Below, piece after piece: positions 8,111-17,808 of a stretch of 64,000 nt of DNA (within the stretch, counting starts at the first letter, position 1; every line of letters begins with the position of its first letter). The notes beneath the pieces were generated by a model. It saw only the letters and a list, made by a program, of their open reading frames with translations, was not told where the DNA came from and did not search any database. The DNA is from Candidatus Latescibacterota bacterium (lineage in GTDB: Bacteria; Latescibacterota; UBA2968; UBA8231), in contig OZ241362.1 in assembly GCA_965200315.1 (NCBI GenBank), positions 1,248,001 to 1,312,000 on the forward strand, read 5' to 3'. The position numbers and the translations under genes are program-made.

Positions 8111-10210
8111 TCAGAGACGCTCTTGGTCCAATTCCCTCGCCATAGTCAGCATCCCGACGTAGGCGTCGTAGCGATCCTGAATGTTGCCCACGTAATGCAC
8201 GGGCTGGCCACAGCGACAAAAGCCGTAGCGCGCCCACTTGTGGTACGCCGGCTTGGCCAGCAGCCGCATCGCCTGTTCCACGTGCCCAAACCAGCGGTCG
8301 GGATTCCATCCTTTCTCGCGGGCTAGGCGGCGTGCATCGAGCACGTGCCCGTACCCGACATTGTAGGCGGCCAGCGCAAGACGCACCCGTTCATCCATGG
8401 GGATTTTCGCATCGAAGCGGTTGACTAGTTGGGACATGTACTTCACCCCCGCGTGGATATTCTCTTCGGGATCGTGCAGATCGGTAAATCCCAACTCGCG
8501 CCCGGTAATCGGCATTATTTGCATCAGCCCGCGCGCGCCGGCCCAGCTCGTGGCCTGTGGATCGAATTTGGACTCTTGGTATATCTGCGCGGTAATCAAC
8601 CGCCAGTCTTGGCCGTACTGGCGAGCGTATTTTTTCACCAACTCGTCATAAGGCGACAGGCGGCCGCTCAAATCGACCCGCAGCGAATCCTTGGCCTTGG
8701 CGATGGTGCGCTTGTTTTTGAAATACCGCTTCTTCATCATGTTAAAAAACAAGCCGCCTTTTTCCTCTTGTACATACTGATTGAGCGCGGCGAGCAAGGC
8801 CGGGTTGTCCTTGCGTACCGCCCACCCCAAAACCGTCGGCTTGATGCTGAAGGCCACCTTGAGTTGGCGTCCGTACGCGAGTTCCACATCGAGGAGATTG
8901 GAATCGCACAGCGTAATGTCGTAGCGCCCTTCCTCGACAGCGGCGAGGATGTCTTCGGTCTCAAAGGAGTCAGGCAATAAGGCGACCTGCAAATTCTCTA
9001 TGGAATCCTTTACAGCCATCAGGGTTGTGTAAAAAGAAGAGCTTTGGCGCACATGGACCGTGCGCCCGGCCAAATCTTGGAGGCCGGTAATCGAGTTATC
9101 ATCCGCCCGCACTACCACTAGTTCGTCCACTTCGTTATAGGGCCGGGTAAACGCCGCCTGCGCCCGTCGTTCCTCGGTAATGGTCATGGCCGCGGCCACG
9201 ATGTCGCCTCTGCCTTCGTTCAAATACGTCAGCAGATCGGCGTGGCTGTCCGGGATGACAATATCGAGCCGCAAATCGTGCCGGGCCGCAAATTCCTTTA
9301 TAAGCTCGTGTTCAAAGCCCACCTGCCGCCCGCGATGTATGAAGTAGGTCATCGCGTTATTGCGGGTGATCATGCGCAGCCGCCGCCGCGCTTTTAATCC
9401 GGGCAGGTCGTCGGTAAAAGCCTGCTGGGACTGGCGCGTAAACTGCTGGGCGAGCAGATATTCATCAACCTCAGTCTTGAGCTGCACATCGTCGGGCCGC
9501 ATCATCAAGGCAATCGGGCGGTTTTCGGCCAGCACCAACGGCGTAGCCATGCTGTCGTAGTAGCTTGCCACCGCTTGCCACAAGTGCTCGTCGGCTACGG
9601 TCGCTTGGTACTCGCCGCGCACGATGCCTTCAATGAGGTACTCAAGGCCGAGTTTTTCCGACGCGGCGTGGATGTGCAACGACGGCACCTGTTGCTGAAT
9701 ATCCAACAGGGTTTGGTAGTGCGAGCTAGAGTGCCGGACGCCGATTTTCATACCAGCCAAGTCCTCAAGCGCCGCCGGCAGGCTGTCGCTGGCCGCTGTA
9801 ATCAGGTACTCATCCACGTAGAGATACGGCACGGAAAACGCCGCTTGCTGCTGCCGCGCTGGCGTAATCGTCAGGCTAGCAGCGACGATGTCGCCTTCGC
9901 CTTCGAGCAGTTTCTGTACCATCTGGGTATAACTTTCGACCTTTACCAGCACCAGTTCCAGCTTGAACGCATCGGCCAAGCCACGGGCGAGGTCGTAGTT
10001 GATCGTCACGGGTTCCGCGTCTTTGGGTAGATGGTCAATCGGCTCTGGGGGGACGATGACTCGCAACTTGCCGTGAGATTGCAATACCGGCAGATCGCCA
10101 CTGTATTTGGGCACCGCCGGGGCCGGCTTTGGCGTCGCCGGTTGGCCGCATTGAGCCAAGATAGAAAGGGCCATAAGCCCTGTGGGAAGAAGCGTTCGGA
10201 TGCTAGACAA
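8111..10210 (-). CDS. mltF: MltF-like lytic murein transglycosylase (two SBP-3 domains plus SLT domain), probable lipoprotein
   Basis: Two repeats of GDIVAA.(L/M)TIT..R...AAF; SLT motifs YQESKF, GARGLMQIMP and ALAAYNVG. TTG start at 10210 with AGGAGG 9 nt upstream. Confidence 0.88.
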   Translation of the reverse strand: MSSIRTLLPTGLMALSILAQCGQPATPKPAPAVPKYSGDLPVLQSHGKLRVIVPPEPIDHLPKDAEPVTINYDLARGLADAFKLELVLVKVESYTQMVQKLLEGEGDIVAASLTITPARQQQAAFSVPYLYVDEYLITAASDSLPAALEDLAGMKIGVRHSSSHYQTLLDIQQQVPSLHIHAASEKLGLEYLIEGIVRGEYQATVADEHLWQAVASYYDSMATPLVLAENRPIALMMRPDDVQLKTEVDEYLLAQQFTRQSQQAFTDDLPGLKARRRLRMITRNNAMTYFIHRGRQVGFEHELIKEFAARHDLRLDIVIPDSHADLLTYLNEGRGDIVAAAMTITEERRAQAAFTRPYNEVDELVVVRADDNSITGLQDLAGRTVHVRQSSSFYTTLMAVKDSIENLQVALLPDSFETEDILAAVEEGRYDITLCDSNLLDVELAYGRQLKVAFSIKPTVLGWAVRKDNPALLAALNQYVQEEKGGLFFNMMKKRYFKNKRTIAKAKDSLRVDLSGRLSPYDELVKKYARQYGQDWRLITAQIYQESKFDPQATSWAGARGLMQIMPITGRELGFTDLHDPEENIHAGVKYMSQLVNRFDAKIPMDERVRLALAAYNVGYGHVLDARRLAREKGWNPDRWFGHVEQAMRLLAKPAYHKWARYGFCRCGQPVHYVGNIQDRYDAYVGMLTMARELDQERL

Positions 10211-10401
10211 CGCGACGCACCTCCTTTGAAATAGGCACACGCCCCTGCCGGGACATTCTTTGCGCTGATGTGTATCAGCACCAACTCCCTTATTGGACGC
10301 TTGCTCAAGATGTGGTATTCCCGAGGGGTGTTCATTGCCTCCAATACGCTCGGCTGAATTGCTCCAGCACTTTCCTCGGCACTCACTAGCTGAGCCTTGC
10401 C

Positions 10402-10431
10402 AATGTAGAAATGGTCGGCGTTTTTCGTCAA
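10402..10431 (-). promoter_or_regulatory. Putative sigma70 promoter for mltF
   Basis: TTGACG-N18-TACATT on the minus strand within the divergent intergenic region. Confidence 0.35.
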
Positions 10432-10533
10432 GCCGAAACGCCCCCCCTGCACGGCTTGACGCTGCTCCCCCCAAGGCCCTTTATACTGCTGCACTTGCTT
10501 CCACTGTGGCCCGCTCAAGGAGGTTCCATCGTC

Positions 10534-11553
10534 GTGCTGACCCATGAACTCACCGTCGTCGAGCCGGGGCAGATCGAGGTAGTCCAGACCGAGCTCGACG
10601 ACCGCCTGCACCCCCATGAGGTATTGATAGAGACCGAATACTCCATCGTCAGTGCCGGCACCGAAGGCGCGGGCTTTACCGGCTTGGTCAAGCAGATGCC
10701 TTTTGGCGACGCCGGCCAGTATCCCCGCCACACCGGCTACGGCAACCTCGGCCAAGTGCTGAGAGTCGGCGCGGCGGTCTCCGGCGTACGAGCGGGCGAC
10801 CGCGTACTCTCCTTTGCCCGCCACGCTTCCATCGTCAAGGCGGATGCACAGCGCCTCGTGCTGCCCGTATCTCGTGAAGCTCCCGGCCAGCACCTCGTGT
10901 TTACGCGCATGGCCGGCGTCAGCATCTCCGCCTTGCGCTCTTCAAGCGTCCAGCCCGGCGACACCGTGCTGGTGGTCGGCGGCGGGCTGGTGGGCAACTT
11001 CGCCGCCCAACTCTTCCGCTTGGCCGGTGCCGACGTCATGCTCGCAGACTTGTCCGAGCTGCGCCTGCGGCAGGCCCAAGCCTGCGGCATCGAGCACGCG
11101 GTCAATCCCGGCCGCGACGAGCTAAAATCAGTAGTGAGCGACTGGACCGGCGGCGCGGGTGCTCGCATCGGCGTCGAGGCCATTGGCATCAGCGAAGTCA
11201 TCGCCCAGACCGCGATGTGCATTGCCCGCCACGGCGAACTCATTCTCTTAGGCAGTCCGCGTGCCCCCGCCCACTTTGACGTGACGCCCATGCTGCTGCA
11301 CATCCACCTAGAGGCGATCCGCATGATCGGTGCCCTCGAGTGGCGCTGGCCGCAGCACGCCACCGAGCGCTGCCGCGATCTCGACGCCAATTACCGCCAA
11401 ATCGCCGCGTGGATCGCCAGCGGCCAGCTCGTCGTCGAGCCCCTGCTCACCCACCTAGCGTCCCCGGCAGACTGCCAACAGATGTACGAAGGGCTTACCG
11501 CTAATAAAGAGGAATACTTAGGCGCGGTCTTCGACTGGTCGCGCTTGAGTTAG
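10534..11553 (+). CDS. MDR-superfamily (zinc-type) alcohol/sugar dehydrogenase
   Basis: SAGTE and GY..LG.V motifs, Rossmann VGGGLVG. GTG start follows AGGAGG (10518-10523). Confidence 0.85.
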   Translation: MLTHELTVVEPGQIEVVQTELDDRLHPHEVLIETEYSIVSAGTEGAGFTGLVKQMPFGDAGQYPRHTGYGNLGQVLRVGAAVSGVRAGDRVLSFARHASIVKADAQRLVLPVSREAPGQHLVFTRMAGVSISALRSSSVQPGDTVLVVGGGLVGNFAAQLFRLAGADVMLADLSELRLRQAQACGIEHAVNPGRDELKSVVSDWTGGAGARIGVEAIGISEVIAQTAMCIARHGELILLGSPRAPAHFDVTPMLLHIHLEAIRMIGALEWRWPQHATERCRDLDANYRQIAAWIASGQLVVEPLLTHLASPADCQQMYEGLTANKEEYLGAVFDWSRLS

Positions 11554-11557
11554 TTCC

Positions 11558-13048
11558 ATGTCAACTCACTATCTCGCGCTGGACATCGGCTCGACGACCG
11601 TCGTCGCCCTCGTCATCGACCTCGACACCAACGCGGTCGTCGGCACCGCCAGCACGGCCAATTTGTCCGAAGTAACTTCCTCAGCAGACAAGCGAATCAG
11701 CCGCTCGGAGTGGGACCTCGACGCAATGACTGAGCTAGCTATCGGCAACGCGGCCGCGCTCGTGGCCCGCACCAACGCCCGGCCAGCAGCCATCGGCGTC
11801 ACCGGGCAGCAACAGGGCCTTCAGCTTCTCGACGCTGCGCTCAATACCGTAGGTCCTTATTTCTCTTGGCAAGACCAGCGCGCCCAAGCCCCCCTACCGG
11901 GCCAGCAGCATACCTACTTAGACGTTATGGCCCGGCTCGGGGGTGCCACGGCCGCCGGGGGCGAGCTGCCCGCCTTTGCCAACACCGGCTGCCCTCTCGT
12001 AGCGGGCCACGCGGCACCGCACCTGTTTTGGCTGCAAGCCAATAATCAGCTTCCCAGCGGCACAAGCGGCACCACGGCCCCTGAGTTTGTGGTGTCGCGG
12101 CTGGTGGGCAAACGACCGGTTGTCGATCCTACGGACGCGCTCGGCTGGGGCGTTTATGACGTGCCCAAGCGCGCTTGGGCGGACGAGCTTATCGCCGCGC
12201 TCGGCCTGAGCCCGTCGCTGTTTCCCGCGCTCGCCGAATCCTGTACCCTAGCCGGTCCCCTGACCGCGGCGATGGCCCAAAAGCTCGGCGTACCAGCGGG
12301 CCTGCCCGTCGCCGTGGCGTCCGGCGATCACCAGTGTAGCTTTGCTGGCACAGTCGCCGATTACGCCAACACCGTAGCCGTCAATGTCGGCACCGGCGGG
12401 CAAGCCGCCCTGCACATCGAAGCTCCACTGCCGCACGGCTCGCTCGAACTCCGTCCCTATATCCAGCGCGGCTATCTGCTGGCCGGCGTGGGAGCTGTCG
12501 GTGGACGCACGTTCAGGACGCTGCGCGACTTCTTCGCCGACGCCCTGTACGCCCTCGCCGGGATCCAACCCGACCGCGAGGCCCTCTACGAGCGGCTCGT
12601 AGCATTAGCCGCCAAGGTGCCCGCCGGGGCCGAGGGCGTGTGCGCCGACCCGCTGTTTGCCGGGTCGCGCCGCAGGCCCCGCGCCAAAGCCGCCTTCCGC
12701 GAGTTGACCGCTGCAACGCTGACGGCCGGGCATCTAACGCGCGCACTGTTGGAAGGCATGGCCGTCGAACTAGCCGACTCGTACCGCGAGGCCATCCAAC
12801 TGGGCGGCGGCGCACGTTCCAAGCTGGTTGGCTCAGGCAACGGCATCAAGCTAAATCCCGTGCTGCGGGCAGCATTGGAAGCCGAGTTCGCCATGCCGCT
12901 GCACGTGGGCCCGCATGGCGAAGAAGCGGCCGTCGGTGCCGCGCTGTGTGCCGCGGTGGCCGATGGCGCGTTTGGCTCCATTGCCGAGGCCAGTGCAGCG
13001 TTTGCCAGTGGTCCCCCTTCCACGTCGGCAGTGTCAAGCGTCAAATGA
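11558..13048 (+). CDS. FGGY-family carbohydrate kinase (sedoheptulokinase-like)
   Basis: LALDIGST, IGVTGQQQG, SWQDQR, GDHQCSF.G, NVGTGGQ, GSGNG...NPVL, EEAAVGAA. Confidence 0.85.
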   Translation: MSTHYLALDIGSTTVVALVIDLDTNAVVGTASTANLSEVTSSADKRISRSEWDLDAMTELAIGNAAALVARTNARPAAIGVTGQQQGLQLLDAALNTVGPYFSWQDQRAQAPLPGQQHTYLDVMARLGGATAAGGELPAFANTGCPLVAGHAAPHLFWLQANNQLPSGTSGTTAPEFVVSRLVGKRPVVDPTDALGWGVYDVPKRAWADELIAALGLSPSLFPALAESCTLAGPLTAAMAQKLGVPAGLPVAVASGDHQCSFAGTVADYANTVAVNVGTGGQAALHIEAPLPHGSLELRPYIQRGYLLAGVGAVGGRTFRTLRDFFADALYALAGIQPDREALYERLVALAAKVPAGAEGVCADPLFAGSRRRPRAKAAFRELTAATLTAGHLTRALLEGMAVELADSYREAIQLGGGARSKLVGSGNGIKLNPVLRAALEAEFAMPLHVGPHGEEAAVGAALCAAVADGAFGSIAEASAAFASGPPSTSAVSSVK

Positions 13049-13103
13049 GATTTTCTGATGGTCTGGCACTATCCCCTTATACAAGAGCGAAATTATATGA
13101 TGT

Positions 13104-13367
13104 ATGTCTCGACCAAGAAGACCATACCGTCCTTTGCGGGCCGAAGACCTGCCTGAGCGTTTTCGTCCTCTCAAGAACTGGCATGGAGAAATGGTCGTGG
13201 TGGAGTACGGACCCTATAAAGGTCGGAGAGGCTATCCCGATGAACAGGGCAATATATGGGTGCCCACACGCCCGGGTGAATCGCACGAATCGCACGGAGG
13301 TCCTCACTTCGACGTCCAGTTGGACGGAGGACGTGCCGGCTATATCAATGTCTATCCAGACAAATAA
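13104..13367 (+). CDS. Stand-alone polymorphic toxin domain, Ntox37-like (predicted RNase)
   Basis: F.P.KNW.G...GYPD.QGNIWVPT.PG...HGGPHFDVQ...Y.NVYP matches the Ntox37 consensus as I recall it; 87 aa with no delivery domain. Confidence 0.75.
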   Translation: MSRPRRPYRPLRAEDLPERFRPLKNWHGEMVVVEYGPYKGRRGYPDEQGNIWVPTRPGESHESHGGPHFDVQLDGGRAGYINVYPDK

Positions 13368-13381
13368 AAAACGAGGATAAC

Positions 13382-13648
13382 ATGAAACATATCGAGATTG
13401 TCGATGGGGCCCTGAATAGTCGCTTTGAGCTATACGCTGTGACCGATCGGATCTTTGATTTGCTATTCCCTGAAGAAGAGGACGAGATATACCTCGAAGA
13501 TCTGAGCAAAGAGCTGCAAGAGAATGCAGCGTTCTGGGACCAAGTTTATGCTCGAGAAGTGGATCGACGTACCGTTAAGGGAATCCACGGCATCCTCCAT
13601 ACGCATCCCAAAGCGAAAATCTCCATTCTAGAACAAACCGCTAGCTGA
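13382..13648 (+). CDS. Small acidic hypothetical protein, candidate immunity/antitoxin
   Basis: GAGG RBS; starts 14 nt after the toxin stop; 88 aa, acidic; motifs I.IVDGA.N, FDLLFP and V.GIHG.L. Confidence 0.6.
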   Translation: MKHIEIVDGALNSRFELYAVTDRIFDLLFPEEEDEIYLEDLSKELQENAAFWDQVYAREVDRRTVKGIHGILHTHPKAKISILEQTAS

Positions 13649-13691
13649 AGTGGATAAATCGGCTATGGACCAATCAAAACAGGAGTCATCA

Positions 13692-16553
13692 ATGAGACGA
13701 GTTTTGCTGCTGTTCGCTGTGCTGCCAGTGCTATTACACGCCTGCGTCAGCACGGCACCGACGACCATGCAACAGGCGGCGATGGAGGCGACGACCGAGA
13801 AGTTAGAGGATCCGCAACTACCCATTGACTCGCTGGTGACCGTCGGCCAGCTAGACAACGGCCTGCGCTACGTCATTCGCAAAAACCAGAAGCCCGAAAA
13901 TCGGGTCGAGCTGCGGCTGGTGGTCGATGTAGGCTCGGTGCTGGAAGACGAAGATCAGCGGGGGTTGGCGCACTTTGTCGAGCACCAGGCCTTCAATGGC
14001 ACCAAAAACTTCGCCAAGCAGGAGTTGGTGGACTACCTAGAGCTAATCGGCATGCGCTTTGGGCCGGATCTGAATGCCTACACCAGCTTCGACGAGACGG
14101 TGTACATGCTGACCGTGCCGACCGACAGCGCCGAGGTGGTGGAAACCGCCTTCCAAATTTTGGAGGACTGGGCTCACCAGATCAGCTTTGAGGCCGAGGA
14201 AATAGACAAGGAACGGGGCGTGGTCATCGAAGAGTGGCGGCTGGGGCGCGGCGCTCAGCAGCGCATGTTCGACGAGCAAATACCCATTCTTCTGAAGGAT
14301 TCGCGCTACGCCGTGCGTCTGCCCATCGGCGAGAAGGCCGTGCTCGACACCTTTCAGCACGAGGCTCTGCGCCGCTTTTACCGCACTTGGTATCGGCCCG
14401 ACCTAATGGGTTTTGTGGCCGTCGGCGACATGGAGCCAGCCGCCATAGAGGCACTGGTACAGGAGTATTTTGCGCACATCCCCGCGGCAGAAAATCCCCC
14501 TGAGCGCACGGTGTTCCCCGTGCCTGACCACGAGGAGACGCTCTTCGCCATCGCCTCTGACCCAGAGGCCACCTACAACAGCGTCAGCATCTACTACAAA
14601 ATGGACGTGCGGCCCCAAGGGACGGTGAGCACCTACCGCCGCTCGCTGATTGAGGCCCTGTATCACCAGATGTTCAACCAGCGCCTGCACGAACTGACCA
14701 AGCTCCCCGAGCCGCCCTTTTTGGGAGCCTATTCGGGCCAAGGGCGCTGGCTGCGCTCCAAGGAGTTTTTCATCCTCGGCGCGGGCGTACCAAACAACGG
14801 TTTCGACGCCGGGCTTGAAGCCCTGCTGATTGAAGCAGCGAGAATGCGCGAGCACGGCTTTACCGCCTCCGAGCTGGAGCGCGAGAAAAAGGAAATGCTG
14901 CGCAGCATGGAGCAATCCTACCGCGAGCGCGACAAGCAGCAGTCGAGCGGTTTTGCCGCCGAATACGTGCGCCACCTGCTGACCGACGAAGCCATCCCCG
15001 GCATTGCCAAGGAATACGAACTCTACCAAGAACTGGTCCCCGGCATTGCATTGGCGGAGGTCAATGCGCTGGCCAGCGAGTGGACGAGCGAAAAAAACCG
15101 CGTGATCGCCGTGGAGGCACCCGAGCAAGAGGGCATCGCCGTGCCCAGCGAGCAAGACCTGCTGGCGATCTTCGCCGAGGTGGCGCAGCAAGAAAGCGCG
15201 CCGTACGCCGACGAGGTACCCGACGAGCCGCTCGTGGCGCAAGTGCCCACTCCGGCTGCAATCGTCGAACGCAGCCAAATCCCCGAGATCGGCGCGACTT
15301 GGTGGACGCTCTCCAACGGCATCCGCGTATGCCTGAAGCCGACGGACTTCAAAAACGATGAGATCCTCTTCCGGGCCTACAGCCCCGGCGGGCACTCGCT
15401 GGTCCCCGACGCCGACTACGTGGCGGCCTCGACTGCGACCTCGGTGGTGAGCGAGGGCGGCGTGGGGCCGTTTGACAAGATCGAACTAGAGAAGAAGCTG
15501 GCCGGCAAAGTGGTGAGGGTATCGCCGTGGATCAGCAGCTTGCGGGAGGGCATTTCTGGCTCGGCCTCGCCCGAAGATATCCAGACCATGTTCGAGCTGA
15601 TCTACGCCTTCTTCACCGCGCCGCGACAGGATAGCACCGCCTTCCAAGCCTACCAGACGCGCATGAGAGGCTCCATCCAGAACCGCAGCGCGCACCCCGA
15701 GACGGCGTTCAGCGACACCATTGTGGTCACCATGGCTCAGTATCACCACCGGGCGCGTCCCTGGTCGCTGGAGCTGCTCGACGAGATGGACTTGGCCACG
15801 TCGATGGCTGTGTACCAAGATCGCTTTGCCGATGCCGGCGACTTCTCGTTTTTCTTTGTCGGCAATTTCACCCTCGAAGAGATGGAGCCGCTGGTGCGCA
15901 CCTATTTGGGCGGCCTGCCGACCACCGGCCGAGAGGAGACGTGGCGCGATGTCGGCATTGAAGCCCCGGAAGGCGTGATCGACAAAGCGGTCTATCGCGG
16001 CATTGAACCCAAGAGCCGATCACAGATGATTTTCACCGGCCCCTTTGAATACGATGGCTGGAAAAACAACCTCGAACTCAGGGCCATGACCTCTGTGCTA
16101 CAGATCAAGCTGCGCGAGGTGTTGCGCGAGGACTTGGGCGGCACCTATGGGGTATGGGTCAGCAGCAGCGGCTCTCACTACCCGGACGAGAAGTACAGCA
16201 TCTCCATCACCTTCGGCAGCGATCCCGAGCGCGTCGAGGAACTGACGCAGGTGATCTTTGGGCAGATCGACAGCCTAAAAACCGTCGGCACCACCGACCT
16301 CTACGTCGATAAGGTCAAGGAAATGCGCAAGCGCCAGCGCGAGACAGACCTCAAGGAGAACAGCTTCTGGGTCGGGTCTCTGGAGTCGCTCGACTTCAAC
16401 GGGGTCGATCCGCGGCGGCTGATTCAGTATCCGGCGCTGGTCGATTCGCTGACTGTGGAGGCGGTCCAGCAGGCGGCGCAGAACTATTTCAACATGGACC
16501 GCTACGTGCGGGTGGTGCTCTATCCAGAGGAAGGCGAACCGGAGGAAGAGTAG
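13692..16553 (+). CDS. pqqL: M16B family zinc protease (PqqL-like), lipoprotein
   Basis: AGGAG RBS, LHAC lipobox, inverted zinc motif HFVEH, NAYTSFDETVY, FYRTWYRPD, LREDLGGTY. Confidence 0.92.
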   Translation: MRRVLLLFAVLPVLLHACVSTAPTTMQQAAMEATTEKLEDPQLPIDSLVTVGQLDNGLRYVIRKNQKPENRVELRLVVDVGSVLEDEDQRGLAHFVEHQAFNGTKNFAKQELVDYLELIGMRFGPDLNAYTSFDETVYMLTVPTDSAEVVETAFQILEDWAHQISFEAEEIDKERGVVIEEWRLGRGAQQRMFDEQIPILLKDSRYAVRLPIGEKAVLDTFQHEALRRFYRTWYRPDLMGFVAVGDMEPAAIEALVQEYFAHIPAAENPPERTVFPVPDHEETLFAIASDPEATYNSVSIYYKMDVRPQGTVSTYRRSLIEALYHQMFNQRLHELTKLPEPPFLGAYSGQGRWLRSKEFFILGAGVPNNGFDAGLEALLIEAARMREHGFTASELEREKKEMLRSMEQSYRERDKQQSSGFAAEYVRHLLTDEAIPGIAKEYELYQELVPGIALAEVNALASEWTSEKNRVIAVEAPEQEGIAVPSEQDLLAIFAEVAQQESAPYADEVPDEPLVAQVPTPAAIVERSQIPEIGATWWTLSNGIRVCLKPTDFKNDEILFRAYSPGGHSLVPDADYVAASTATSVVSEGGVGPFDKIELEKKLAGKVVRVSPWISSLREGISGSASPEDIQTMFELIYAFFTAPRQDSTAFQAYQTRMRGSIQNRSAHPETAFSDTIVVTMAQYHHRARPWSLELLDEMDLATSMAVYQDRFADAGDFSFFFVGNFTLEEMEPLVRTYLGGLPTTGREETWRDVGIEAPEGVIDKAVYRGIEPKSRSQMIFTGPFEYDGWKNNLELRAMTSVLQIKLREVLREDLGGTYGVWVSSSGSHYPDEKYSISITFGSDPERVEELTQVIFGQIDSLKTVGTTDLYVDKVKEMRKRQRETDLKENSFWVGSLESLDFNGVDPRRLIQYPALVDSLTVEAVQQAAQNYFNMDRYVRVVLYPEEGEPEEE

Positions 16554-16555
16554 GG

Positions 16556-17530
16556 CTACGATCGAGATTCTAAACTGCGAATAGACTCAATGCGTCTATC
16601 CAAATTTATGATAGATCGTCCCATTATTTGGTAGCGATCTATTCCCATACGAGTCAAGAACGATGCAGGAATACTTAATAGGCCACCATCAAGAAATGCT
16701 ACAAGTGCGCCAGCCCCAATAGCGGCTCCAGATTTTACGGCTCTCGATAATCCATCCTGCATCGCAATATCAAAAGTTTTTCGCCCCATCAGGACCTTGC
16801 GTCCTTCTCCTACTGCAATTAAAACAAAAGGTAAACCGGGTAAAACAGTTTCAAGCAATTCTTCTATTGGTCCGTCAAGAAGATCTTCCATAGGAGCACT
16901 TATAGTCTCCTCTAGTGCTTCATCTGAAAAGCCACTAGAGAATATATTTTGCGTCGTATCCCCCCCAGCATTAAACACTTCGTCCGTTGTTAGCACGTCA
17001 ATATCTGGATAACGTTCTAATGCTTCTTTGACATAAGAGAGAGACTCAGTGGCTTTTAATTGGAGTCCTTGGGCAACCGAGCCATCACTGTTAATTATTT
17101 GCAGATCCCATCCCGGCTGTGTTGCGCTTTCCGCTAGCAGAGCTGTCTGTCCTGGTTCCAAGTGAATATCACCCACCCATTCACCTGCATTCAGTTCATC
17201 TCGAACGAGAACTTCAAAATACTTCCCTTTCCAAGCCGAGAGAAACCCTTCGACCTCATCAGGTGAGCGATCCGCTAGAGATGAAAGATCAACATTTGGA
17301 TAAGCTAAGCTGAACGCCTCAGCCATCTGTGGGGTAACTTGAGACATATCAATCTGATCGGTAAGGAATAGCGCACTCACGGCCGTAGCTGCTGCGGCTG
17401 TGTCAATAAGTGCCTGTTCACGCTTTTTGACGTAGTGCTGATAAAGTTCCACTATAGCATCTCTAACCGATTGATCTGATCCGCGATTGTTTCGATACCG
17501 ATTGGCAAGAGACCTTAACTTATTATCCAT
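16556..17530 (-). CDS. Hypothetical protein with PD-(D/E)xK-like motif and C-terminal glycine-zipper hydrophobic segment
   Basis: KGKYFE...QPGWD...LQLKAT; GAAIGAGALVAFLDGGLLSIPASF; AT-rich DNA. Confidence 0.7.
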   Translation of the reverse strand: MDNKLRSLANRYRNNRGSDQSVRDAIVELYQHYVKKREQALIDTAAAATAVSALFLTDQIDMSQVTPQMAEAFSLAYPNVDLSSLADRSPDEVEGFLSAWKGKYFEVLVRDELNAGEWVGDIHLEPGQTALLAESATQPGWDLQIINSDGSVAQGLQLKATESLSYVKEALERYPDIDVLTTDEVFNAGGDTTQNIFSSGFSDEALEETISAPMEDLLDGPIEELLETVLPGLPFVLIAVGEGRKVLMGRKTFDIAMQDGLSRAVKSGAAIGAGALVAFLDGGLLSIPASFLTRMGIDRYQIMGRSIINLDRRIESIRSLESRS

Positions 17531-17808
17531 ATAACTACCCCCACACCGATAACGAAAACATATGAGAGGATACAGAGGATTCGTAACTGTTGAACTTGCC
17601 CATGCAGCTTTTTTACCTGAGATTTGAGCTGAATTTGCTCATGCAAATTTTCTTCCTGAGAATTGAATTGTTGCTCGTGCTTTTCAAGTAGGGTATTCTG
17701 TCTCTCTAACTCTTTGTGTAAGCCGAGTAGAACTTCCCCATATACTTCGCTGTACTCCCCTATCTTCTTTTCTACAGCTTTACCACTGATTTTTTCCAAG
17801 AATTTCAT
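17515..17808 (-). CDS. Small coiled-coil protein with C-terminal TM anchor
   Basis: GGAG RBS, ATG at 17808; Q/E/K-rich heptads then ILCILSYVFVIGVGVVIWII; its stop overlaps the next gene's start region. Confidence 0.7.
   Translation of the reverse strand: MKFLEKISGKAVEKKIGEYSEVYGEVLLGLHKELERQNTLLEKHEQQFNSQEENLHEQIQLKSQVKKLHGQVQQLRILCILSYVFVIGVGVVIWIIS

Noticed and set aside
10211-10474. Long N-terminal extension of mltF in the ORF track, or a riboswitch in this leader
   Set aside because: A strong RBS and signal peptide support TTG at 10210, and I recognised no known riboswitch consensus. An Rfam scan would settle it.
10456-10487. TTGACG...TATACT sigma70 promoter for the MDR gene
   Set aside because: The spacer is 20 nt, outside the usual 16-18, so it is not reported as a feature.
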